Assembly (NCBI GenBank): GCA_028826165.1
Contig: JAPDFW010000145.1
Span: forward strand, 43,931 to 107,930
Direction: 5' to 3'
DNA length: 64,000 nt
Source of the DNA: Anaeramoeba ignava BMAN
Lineage: Eukaryota > Protista > Anaeramoebae
Shown: piece after piece, positions 42,341-55,076 of the stretch
Numbering within the stretch: position 1 is the stretch's first letter
Layout of the letters: the number at the start of each line of letters is the position of its first letter
Translations under genes and position numbers: made by a program
The notes under the pieces: model-generated
The model's input: only the letters and a program-made list of their open reading frames with translations
Told to the model about the DNA's origin: nothing
The model's database searches: none

Positions 42341-42720
42341 AAAAGAAAAAAAAAGAAAAAAATAAAAATAAAAAAAATAAATAAATAAAAGTGAATAGTG
42401 CCCGCCTCCCTCCCCGTTAACACCGACTTACAGCCGTTGTTACCAACCCTCAGGGTTGTCAAACCTCGATATTCGAAATGTCTTGTATGTTGTTTTGGAA
42501 TTACAAACTGAGATTTGTCAAACAAGTCTTTCATATGGATTTATTTATTTGTTTATTCGAAAGGAATCCTTTCTCATTAAATAAATCCTATTCGGATTTG
42601 TTTGACAAATCTCAGTTTGTCAAAACACATACTCGCTTTCGCTCGGTTGCTCCTCTTACCCCCCTTTCACTAGTTCTCCCCCCGTTCCCCTCACTAATAT
42701 GTGTTTGTAAGTGATATACT
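42341..42720. other. GC-rich structured non-coding island of unknown class (candidate ncRNA or non-autonomous mobile element)
   Basis: The core module breaks after TTCTAATTTAT (42340). An A-rich tract follows, then unique GC-rich sequence with a perfect 23-bp inverted repeat (42503-42525 / 42598-42620) and smaller hairpins. The right boundary is not sharp. Confidence 0.6.
42485..42632. repeat. Long imperfect hairpin (~148 nt) with a perfect 23-bp stem
   Basis: ACAAACTGAGATTTGTCAAACAA / TTGTTTGACAAATCTCAGTTTGT; outer GTATGTTGTTTTG / CAAAACACATAC; inner GGATTTATTTA / TAAATAAATCC; apical GAAAGG-AAT-CCTTTC. Confidence 0.9.
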
Positions 42721-44373
42721 TACCTCTTTATATCTTGAAAAATGGGTTGAAAATGGAGAATATTTATTTTCAATTTTTTGTAAAAGTATTATCAATTATG
42801 GAAAAAAAATTTATTAAAAAAAAACAAAAAGAATTGTTTTTATTTATTTATTTACAACAGAATGTAATTTAGATTTATTTTTCAATGAATTTATTTTATT
42901 AAATATCTTTTTTTTTCATTTATAAATCATTAAGAAAAGAAATGAAAATATTTTATTTTATTTTCCAACATTAAAATATTATAAATTAATGAATAAATAA
43001 TCAAATTATTATTATTATTACTTCTAATATATAATTAATAAATATAAATCAAAAAGAAAAATGAAAAAATAAAATCAAAATATATATTACAAACATTTTT
43101 CAAAAATAAATATCAATTTAAATATATTCAAAATTAATATAATAATATAATCAAATTTATTATTAATATTATATTAATAAATAATATAATAAATATAATA
43201 TAAGAATAATAAATATATTAATAAAAATATATTTTATTAAATATTCTTTTAAATATTCTTTTGGAATAATTAATATTTATTTTGATTTCATTTCTTTTTG
43301 AAATTTCATTTTCATTTTCAATTTCAATTTTGATTTACAATTAAATTTATTTTTAATCAATTTTGAATTTTGAATTTTAAAATTTAAATTAAATATTTAC
43401 ATCTATTTATTATACTTAATTTATTTATTCATTTTATTTTAAATTAAATAAAATAAAAAATATTAGAATTAATTAATTAATTAATTAATTATAAATCAAA
43501 ATTTATTATTATTAATTATTAAAATAAATAAATTTGAAATGAAAAAAATAATAAAATAAAAATGAATATTAATTATATTATATAAATATAATGAATGAAT
43601 ATATAATTAATAAATATGTAATAATAGATATCAATTCAAAATATATATAATGTAAAATGTTTAAAAATAAAAATAAATTTTTAAAAGTATAAATCAAAAT
43701 AAATAATATTTTTTTATCAACTTTATTTCAATTTATATAAATATAAATCAAAAAAAAAAAAATCAAATTTTATTCCAATTTATATATTTTAAACATTTTC
43801 AATAATAAATATTAAATCAAAATATATATTCAAAATTAATATAATAATGTAATCAAATTTATTATCAATATTATATTAATAAATAATATAATAAATATAA
43901 TATAAGAATAATAAATATATTAATAAAAATATATTTTATTAAATATTCTTTTTTTTGGATTTGATTTTTATTTTGTAATTCTTTTTATATTTTTTAGAAT
44001 AATTATTTATTTATTTTCATTTATTATTTTATTCAAAATTTAATTTTAACTTCATTTACAATTTAATTTATTTTAAATATAATTTAATTTCATTTTCAAT
44101 TCATTTTCAATTTCATTTTCAATTTCATTTTATTTTCAATTTCAATTTATTTTGATTTTAATTTGGATTTAATTTCAATTTGAATTTGAATTTAATTTGA
44201 TTTGAATTTGATTTGAATTTGATTTGAATTTGAATTTAATTTGATTTTGAATTTGAATTCATTTAAATTTTCAATTTAGATTACAATCAACTTTACATAA
44301 TAAATAAACACAAAAAAAAATCAATCAATATTCATTTCTGATTTTTATTTTGATTTTTCTTATTATTATTTTG

Positions 44374-45884
44374 AATTAAATTTACAATTAAATTACATTC
44401 AATTTACAATTAAATTACATTCAATTTACAATTAAATTACATTCAATTTACAATTAAATTACATTCAATTTACAATTAAATTACATTCAATTTACAATTA
44501 AATTACATTCAATTTACAATTAAATTACATTCAATTTACAATTAAATTACATTCAATTTACAATTAAATTAAATCAATTTACAATTAAATTAAATAAATA
44601 TAATTCAATTTACAATTAAATTAAATAAATTAATTCAATTTACAATTAAATTAAATAAATAAATTCAATTTACAATTAAATCAAATAAATAAATTCAATT
44701 TACAATTAAATTAAATAAATTCAATTCAATTTACAATTAAATTAAATAAATTCAATTCAATTTACAATTAAATTAATAATTAATTCAATTTACAATTAAA
44801 TTAAATTAAATTCAATTCAATTTACAATTAAATTAAATTAAATTCAATTCAATTTACAATTAAATTAAATTAAATTCAATTCAATTTACAATTAAATTAA
44901 ATTAAATTAAATTCAATTCAATTTACAATTAAATTAAATTAAATTCAATTCAATTTACAATTAAATTAAATTAAATTCAATTCAATTTACAATTAAATTA
45001 AATTAAATTCAATTCAATTTACAATTAAATTAAATTAAATTCAATTCAATTTACAATTAAATTAAATTAAATTCAATTCAATTCAATTTACAATTAAATT
45101 AAATTAAATTAAATTCAATTCAATTTACAATTAAATTAAATAAATTCAATTCAATTTACAATTAAATTAAATAAATTCAATTCAATTTACAATTAAATTA
45201 AATAAATTCAATTCAATTTACAATTAAATCAATAATTAATTCAATTTACAATTAAATCAAATAACAATTTAATTCAATTTACAATTAAATTAAATAAATA
45301 ATTCAATTTACAATTAAATTAAATAAATTCAATTCAATTTACAATTAAATTAATAAATAATTCAATTTACAATTAAATTAAATAAATAAATAATTCAATT
45401 TACAATTAAATTAAATAACAATTTAATTCAATTTACAATTAAATTAAATAAATTCAATTCAATTTACAATTAAATTAAATAAATAAATAATTCAATTTAC
45501 AATTAAATTAAATCAAATAAATATAATTCAATTTACAATTAAATTAAATAAATTCAATTCAATTTACAATTAAATTAAATAAATTCAATTCAATTTACAA
45601 TTAAATTAAATAAATTCAATTCAATTTACAATTAAATTAAATAAATTCAATTCAATTTACAATTAAATTAAATAAATTCAATTCAATTTACAATTAAATT
45701 AAATAAATTCAATTCAATTTACAATTAAATTAAATAAATTCAATTCAATTTACAATTAAATTAAATAAATTCAATTCAATTTACAATTAAATTAAATAAA
45801 TTCAATTTACAATTAAATTAAATAAATTCAATTTACAATTAAATTAAATAAATTCAATTTACAATTAAATTAAATAAAATTACA
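44374..45884 (+). repeat. Minisatellite A array
   Basis: Same unit; starts with a (TTCAATTTACAATTAAATTACA)n block. Confidence 0.9.
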
Positions 45885-47519
45885 TTTTGTTTTCATTTTA
45901 TTTATTTATTAATAAAACGAATTTATATTCAAACACTTATTTTTCAATTTAATTTGATTTTTATTTGATTTTCTTTTTTTATTTTGATTTTCAATTATTT
46001 TGAATTAAAACAGAACAAAAAGTAAATATATTTTGAATTAAGTTATTTTATTATATTTTTTGTTTGATTTAATATAAAACAATTATTTCACTTTAATTGT
46101 AAAACAAAATTGAAGTATGTTTTGAATTAATTTACAACATAATTCTATTTAATTCACATTTATTTCAATTCAAATTTATATTCAATTTCAATTATAGTTA
46201 ATTTATAAAGGAAATAAAAAGGAAATTAAAATGGGGTTGGGTTGAAGGAGCATAAGGGGATTAATAATAATTTATTCATAATTTATTCATAATTTAATTT
46301 ATTTTTTATTTTTATTTTTAATTTATGTTTTTAATTTTGAAATTTATTTTTATATTTGATATATATATTTTTAGTATTTTGTAAATTAAAATATTTATAA
46401 ATAAATATTTATTTTAATTTTTAATTTTAATTTAATTTAATTTAATTTAATTTAATTTTGTTTTTTATTAATTTAGAATTAATAATCAATTTTTAAAATA
46501 TAATATATATTTTATCTTCTTTTTCTTCTTCTTCTATTTATTTATTTATTTATTTATTTGCAATTTCATTTTCAATTTAATTTAATTTAATTTTCAATTT
46601 CATTTTCATTTTACAATTTAATTTCTATTTTCATTTTAATTTTCAATTTAATTTAATTTTAATTCAATTTAATTCATATTTTATATTTTATAAACAATTA
46701 AATAAATATTTTTAATTGTAATTTATTTTATTTTCATTTTATTTTGTGTGTAAATGAATTTTGAAAAAAATCAAAAAAAATAAAATTAATAAAATAAATA
46801 AAAATAAATTTTGAAAATAATAATTGAATTATTAATAAAATAAAAAATATTAGAATTAATTAATTAATTAATTATAAATGAAAATTTATTATTATTAATT
46901 ATTAAAATAAATAAATTTGAAATGAAAAATAATAAATAAAAATGAATATTAATTATATTATATAAATATAAATAATGAATATGTAATTAATAAATATATA
47001 ATAATAAATATCAATTCAAAATATATATAATATAAAATGTTTAAAAATAAAAATAAATTTTTAAAAGTATAAATCAAAATAAATAATATTTTTTTATCAA
47101 CTTTATTTCAATTTATATAAATATAAATCAAAAATAAAAATCTAATTTTATTCCAATTTATAAATTTTAAACATTTTTCAATAATAAATATTAAATCAAA
47201 ATATATATTCAAAATTAATATAATAATGGAATCAAATTTATTATTAATATTATATTAATAAATAATATAATAAATATAATATCAGAATAATAAATATATT
47301 AATAAAAATATATTTTATTAAATATTCTTTTTTTGGATTTGATTTTTATTTTGTAATTCTTTTTATATTTTTAGAATAATTATTTATTTATTTTCATTTA
47401 TTATTTTATTCAAAATTTCATTTTAATTTCATTTACAATTTAATTTATTTTAAATATAATTTAATTTCATTTTCATTTTCATTTTCATTTTCATTTTTCA
47501 TTTGAATTTAATTTTCATT

Positions 47520-48245
47520 TTTATTATAAAATAAATGAAATTAAATAAAATTAATAATTAATTAATATTAAATAAATATTCTATTTATATTCATTATTAT
47601 TATTAATAACTATTTATATATCTATTCATTTTATTTGATTTATTTATTTGATTTATTTATTCTTTATTTATTCATTCATTCATCTCATTTTAAATTAATT
47701 TATTGAAAATTTTGTAACAAAAATAAATAAATAAATAAATAAAAGATATTTTGAATTGAAATTAATCAAAAATACAATTAAAAGTTGTTTAATTTAATTT
47801 AATTTAATTTAATTTAATTTAATTTAATTTAATTTAATTTAATTTAATTTAATTTAATAAAAAAGATAAAAAGTATTTTTTTTGAAATGGAGAAAATAAA
47901 ATTATAAATTAAAAAGGAGAAAAAAATAGAAAAGATAAAAAGTATTTTTTTAAAAAGATAAAAAGTATTTTTTTGAAATGGAGAAAATATAAAAAAATAA
48001 AAGGAGAAAAAAAATAAATATAAAATTGATAATTGTTTTAATTATTTTTATTTCTTTATTATTTTATTATTTTATTATTTTATTATTCTTTTATCAAAAA
48101 TATAAATAATATTTATAAATAATAATTTAATTTTAATTTCAAAAAAAATAATTAATCTATAAAATATTAAATAATAATTAATATTAATATTAATTCAATT
48201 ATATTCAATTTTCAACTTAAAATTTAATTTAATTTTAATTTTCAT
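47520..48245 (+). repeat. Module G copy
   Basis: Near-identical to 13080-13770. Confidence 0.88.
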
Positions 48246-50408
48246 TTCAATTTCATTTATATTTTGTAAACAATTTAATAAATATTTTTAATTGTAATTT
48301 ATTTTATTTTCATTTTATTTTGTGTATAAATGAATTTTGAAAAATCAAAAAAATAAAATTAATAAAATAAATAAAAATAAATTTTGAAAATAATAATTGA
48401 ATTATTAATAAAATAAAAATATTAAAATTAATTAATTAATTAATTATAAATGGAAATTTATTATTATTAATTATTAAAATAAATAAATTTGAAATGAAAA
48501 ATAATAAAATAAAAAATGAATATTAATTATATTATGTAAATATAACAAATGAATATATAATTAATAAATATATAATAATAAATATTAATTCAAAATATAT
48601 ATAATATAAAATGTTTAAAAATAAAAATAAATTTTTAAAAGTATAAATCAAAATAAACAATATTTTTTTATCAACTTAATTTCAATTTATATAAATATAA
48701 ATCAAAAAAAAATAAAAAAAATCAAATTTTATTCTAATTTATATATTTTAAACATTTTTCAATAATAAATATTAAATCAAAATATATATTCAAAATTAAT
48801 ATAATAATGGAATAAAATTTATTATCAATATTATATTAATAAATAATATAATAAATATAATATAAGAATAATAAATATATTAATAAAAATATATTTTATT
48901 AAATATTCTTTTTGAATTTGATTTTTATTTTGTAATTCTTTTTATATTTTTAGAATAATTATTTATTTATTTTCATTTATTATTTTATTCAAAATTTCAT
49001 TTTAATTTCATTTACAATTTAATTTATTTTAAATATAATTTAATTTCATTTTCATTTACATTTTCATTTTCATTTTCAATTTAAATTTGAATTTAATTTG
49101 AATTTAATTTAATTTCATTTTCAATTTCAATTTATATTTTATAAATTAAATAAATAAAATATTTTTAATTGTAATTTATTTTATTTTCATTTTATTTTGT
49201 GTGTAAATAAATTTTGAAAAATCAAAAAAAATAAAATTAATAAAATAAAAAATAAATTTTGAAAATAATAATTGAATTATTAATAAAATAAAAATATTAG
49301 AATTAATTAATTATTTAATTATGAATGAAAATTTATTATTATTAATTATTAAAATAAATAAATTTGAAATGAAAAATAATAAAATAAAAATGAATATTAA
49401 TTATATTATATAAATATAATTAATGAATATATAATTAATAAATATATAATAATAAATATCAATCCAAAATATATACATAATGTAAAATGTTTAAAAATAA
49501 AAATAAATTTTTAAAAGTATAAATCAAAATAAATAAAATATTTTTATCAACTTTATTTCAATTTATATAAATATAAATCAAAAAAAAATAAAAATCAAAT
49601 TTTATTCTAATTTATATATTTTAAACATTTTCCATAATAAATATTAAATCAAAATATATATTCAAAATTAATATAATAATGGAATCAAATTTATTATCAA
49701 TATTATATTAATAAATAATATAATAAATATAATATCAGAATAATAAATATATTAATAAAAATATATTTTATTAATTATTCTTTTTTTTGGATTTGATTTT
49801 TATTTTGTAATTCTTTTTATATTTTTTAGAATAATTATTTATTTATTTTCATTTATTATTTTATTCAAAATTTCATTTTAATTTCATTTACAATTTAATT
49901 TATTTTAAATATAATTTAATTTCATTTTCATTTTCAATTTCATTTTAATTTAGATTTGAATTTGAATTTAATTTGAATTTAATTTGAATTTGAATTTAAT
50001 TTGATTTGAATTTAATTTGAATTTAATTTGAATTTGATTTGAATTTGAATTTAATTTGATTTGATTTTGAATTTGAATTTGAATTTGAATTTGAATTTAA
50101 TTTGAATTTGAATTTGAATTTGAATTTAATTTGAATTTAATTTAATTTAATTTGATTTGAATTTAATTTGAATTTGATTTGAATTTGAATTTAAATTTGA
50201 TTTGAATTTGAATTTAATTTGAATTTGATTTAATTTGAATTTGATTTGAATTTAATTTAAATTTAATTTGAATTTGATTTGAATTTGAATTTGAATTTAA
50301 ATATAATTTAATTTCATTTTCAATTTCATTTAAATTTGAATTTAATTTGAATTGAATTTAAAACAAATATTTATTTCTTTTGGTTATTTTTCTTTTTTCT
50401 TTTTTTTT

Positions 50409-50835
50409 TCATTTTCAATTACATTTTCAATTACATTTTCAATTACATTTTCAATTACATTTTCAATTACATTTTCAATTACATTTTCAATTACATTTTC
50501 AATTACATTTTCAATTACATTTTCAATTACATTTTCAATTACATTTTCAATTACATTTTCAATTACATTTTCAATTACATTTTCAATTACATTTTCAATT
50601 ACATTTTCAATTACATTTTCAATTACATTTTCAATTACATTTTCAATTACATTTTCAATTACATTTTCAATTACATTTTCAATTACATTTTCAATTACAT
50701 TTTCAATTACATTTTCAATTACATTTTCATTTACATTTTCAATTACATTTTCATTTACATTTTCATTTACATTTTCAATTACATTTTCAATTACATTTTC
50801 AATTACATTTTCATTTACATTTTCAATTTCAATTT
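50409..50835 (+). repeat. 12-bp satellite E
   Basis: (TTTTCAATTACA)n with the same leader. Confidence 0.9.
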
Positions 50836-52053
50836 ATATTTTGTAAACAATTTAATAAATATTTTTAATTGTAATTTATTTTATTTTCATTTTATTTTGT
50901 GTGTAAATGAATTTTGAAAAAATCAAAAAAAATAAAATTAATAAAATAAATAAAAAATAAATTTTGAAAATAATAATTGAATTATTAATAAAATAAAAAA
51001 TATTAGAATTAATTAATTAATTAATTATAAATCAAAATTTATTATTATTAATTATTAAAATAAATAAATTTGAAATGAAAAATAATAAATAAAAAATGAA
51101 TATTAATTATATTATATAAATATAATGAATGAATATATAATTAATAAATATATAATAATAAATATCAATTCAAAATATATATAATGTAAAATGTTTAAAA
51201 AATAAAAATAAATTTTTAAAAGTATAAATCAAAATAAATAATATTTTTTTATCAACTTTATTTCAATTTATATAAATATAAATCAAAAAAAAATAAAAAA
51301 AATCAAATTTTATTCTAACTTATATATTTAAACATTTTTCAATAATAAATATTAAATCAAAATATATATTCAAAATCAATATAATAATGGAATCAAATTT
51401 ATTATCAATATTATATTAATAAATAATATAATAAATATAATATAAGAATAATAAATATATTAATAAAAATATATTTTATTAAATATTCTTTTTTTGGATT
51501 TGATTTTTTATTTTGTAATTCTTTTTATATTTTTTAGAATAATTATTTATTTATTTTCATTTATTATTTTATTCAAAATTTAATTTTAATTTCATTTACA
51601 ATTTAATTTATTTTAAATCTAATTTAATTTCATTTTCAATTTCATTTTCATTTTAGATTTGAATTTAAATTGAATTTAATTTACAATTTAATTTGAATTT
51701 AATTTGAATTTGAATTTAATTTGAATTTAATTTGAATTTGATTTGATTTGATTTTGATTTGAATTTGATTTGATTTTGATTTGGATTTGATTTGAATTTA
51801 ATTTGAATTTAAATTTAATTTAATTTGAATTTAATTTGAATTTGAATTTAATTTGAATTTAATTTGAATTTGATTTGAATTTGATTTGATTTTGATTTGA
51901 ATTTAATTTGAATTTGAATTTGAATTTGATTTGAATTTGATTTGAATTTGAATTTAATTTCAATTTGATTTGAATTTGATTTGAATTTAATTTGAATTTA
52001 AAACAAATAAATATTTATTTCTTTTGGTTATTTTTCTTTTTTCTTTTTTTTTT

Positions 52054-52368
52054 CATTTTCAATTACATTTTCAATTACATTTTCAATTACATTTTCAATT
52101 ACATTTTCAATTACATTTTCAATTACATTTTCAATTACATTTTCAATTACATTTTCAATTACATTTTCAATTACATTTTCAATTACATTTTCAATTACAT
52201 TTTCAATTACATTTTCAATTACATTTTCAATTACATTTTCAATTACATTTTCAATTACATTTTCAATTACATTTTCAATTACATTTTCAATTACATTTTC
52301 AATTACATTTTCAATTACATTTTCAATTACATTTTCAATTACATTTTCAATTACATTTTCAATTTCAA
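52054..52368 (+). repeat. 12-bp satellite E
   Basis: (TTTTCAATTACA)n with the same leader. Confidence 0.9.
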
Positions 52369-53861
52369 TTTATATTTTGTAAACAATTTAATAAATATTT
52401 TTAATTGTAATTTATTTTATTTTCATTTTATTTTGTGTGTAAATGAATTTTGAAAAAAATCAAAAAAAAATAAAATTAATAAAATAAAAAATAAATTTTG
52501 AAAATAATAATTGAATTATTAATAAAATAAAAAATATTAGAATTAATTAATTAATTAATTATAAATCAAAATTTATTATTATTAATTATTAAAATAAATA
52601 AATTTGAAATGAAAAATAATAAATAAAAAATGAATATTAATTATATTATATAAATATAAATAATGAATATATAATTAATAAATATATAATAATAAATATC
52701 AATTCAAAATATATATAATGTAAAATGTTTAAAAAATAAAAATAAATTTTTAAAAGTATAAATCAAAAATAAATAATATTTTTTTTATCAACTTAATTTC
52801 AATTTATATAAATATAAATCAAAAAAAAATAAAAAAAAATCAAATTTTATTCTAATTTATATATTTTAAACATTTTTAATAATAAATATTAAATCAAAAA
52901 TATATTCAAAATTAATAATAATAATGAAATCAAATTAATTATAAATATTATATTAATAAATAATATAATAAATATAATATCAGAATAATAAATATATTAA
53001 TAAAAATATATTTTATTAAATATTCTTTTTTTTGGATTTGATTTTTATTTTGTAATTCTTTTTATATTTTTTAGAATAATTATTTATTTATTTTTATTTA
53101 TTATTTTATTCAAAATTTCATTTTAATTTCATTTACAATTTAATTTATTTTAAATATAATTTAATTTCATTTTCATTTTGAATTTCATTTTCAATTTAAT
53201 TTAGATTTGAATTTAATTTTGATTTGATTTAAATTTGAATTTGAATTTGATTTGAATTTAATTTGAATTTGATTTGAATTTAATTTGATTTGATTTGATT
53301 TGATTTTAATTTGATTTGATTTGATTTAATTTGAATTTAATTTGAATTTGAATTTAATTTGATTTGAATTTAATTTAATTTGAATTGAATTTAATTTGAA
53401 TTTGATTTGATTTGATTTGATTTTAATTTTAATTTGATTTGAATTTAATTTGATTTGAATTTGAATTTGAATTCAATTTGATTTTAATTTAATTTGAATT
53501 TGATTTGATTTGAATTTAATTTGAATTTGATTTGAATTTGATTTGATTTTAATTTTAATTTGATTTTAATTTGATTTGAATTTAATTTGATTTGAATTTG
53601 AATTTGAATTCAATTTGATTTTAATTTAATTTCAATTTAATTTGATTTGATTTGATTTGATTTGATTTGATTTGATTTAATTTGGATTTAATTTGAATTT
53701 GATTTGAATTTAATTTGAATTTGAATTTGAATTTAATTTGAATTTTAATTAAATTTTCAATTTAGATTACAATCAACTTTACATAATAAATAAACACAAA
53801 AAAAATCAATCAATATTCATTTCTGATTTTTATTTTGATTTTTCTTATTATTTTTATTTTG

Positions 53862-55076
53862 AATTAAATTTACAATTAAATAAAATAAATAAATTCAATT
53901 TACAATTAAATTAAATAAATAATTCAATTTACAATTAAATTAAATAAATAATTCAATTTACAATTAAATTAAATAAATAATTCAATTTACAATTAAATTA
54001 ATAATTAATTCAATTTACAATTTAATTAATAAATAAATTCAATTTACAATTAAATTAAATAAATTCAATTTACAATTAAATTAAATAAATTCAATTTACA
54101 ATTAAATTAAATTAATAAATAATTTCAATTTACAATTAAATTAAATAAATAATTAATTCAATTTACAATTAAATTAAATAAATAATTCAATTTACAATTA
54201 AATTAAATAAATAATTCAATTTACAATTAAATTAAATAAATATAATTCAATTTACAATTAAATCAAATAAATATAATTCAATTTACAATTAAATTAATAA
54301 ATAATTAATTCAATTTACAATTAAATTAATAAATAATTAATTCAATTTACAATTAAATTAAATAAATATAATTCAATTTACAATTAAATTAAATAAATAT
54401 AATTCAATTTACAATTAAATTAATAAATAATTCAATTTACAATTAAATAAATAAATTAAATTCAATTTACAATTAAATTAAATAATTCAATTTACAATTA
54501 AATTAAATAATTCAATTTACAATTAAATTAAATAATTCAATTTACAATTAAATTAAATAATTAATTCAATTTACAATTAAATAAATAAATAATTCAATTT
54601 ACAATTAAATTAAATAAATAATTAATTCAATTTACAATTAAATTAAATAAATAAATAATTCAATTTACAATTAAATTAAATAAATATAATTCAATTTACA
54701 ATTAAATTAAATAAATAAATAATTCAATTTACAATTAAATTAAATAAATATAATTCAATTTACAATTAAATTAAAAATAAATATAATTTACAATTAAATC
54801 AAATATAATTCAATTTACAATTAAATTAAAAAATAAATATAATTTACAATTAAATCAAATATAATTCAATTTACAATTAAATTAATAAATAATTCAATTT
54901 ACAATTAAATTAAATAAATATAATTCAATTTACAATTAAATTAAATAAATATAATTCAATTTACAATTAAATTAAATAAATAATTAATTCAATTTACAAT
55001 TAAATTAAATAAATAATTCAATTTACAATTAAATCAATAATTAATTCAATTTACAATTAAATCAAATTAAATTACA
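53862..55076 (+). repeat. Minisatellite A array
   Basis: Same unit. Confidence 0.9.

Noticed and set aside
42630-42647. Minus-strand GAGCGAAAGCGAGT resembling an LSU rRNA-like GAAA tetraloop motif; also considered tRNA, SRP, RNase P/MRP, telomerase RNA and group II intron
   Set aside because: The match is only ~14 nt, and I could not recognise flanking rRNA sequence, a cloverleaf, a domain V or a template. An Infernal search is needed.
42337-42714. Two short ORFs over the structured island
   Set aside because: They have no motifs; the shared DLFDKSQFV peptide is simply the inverted repeat read on both strands.
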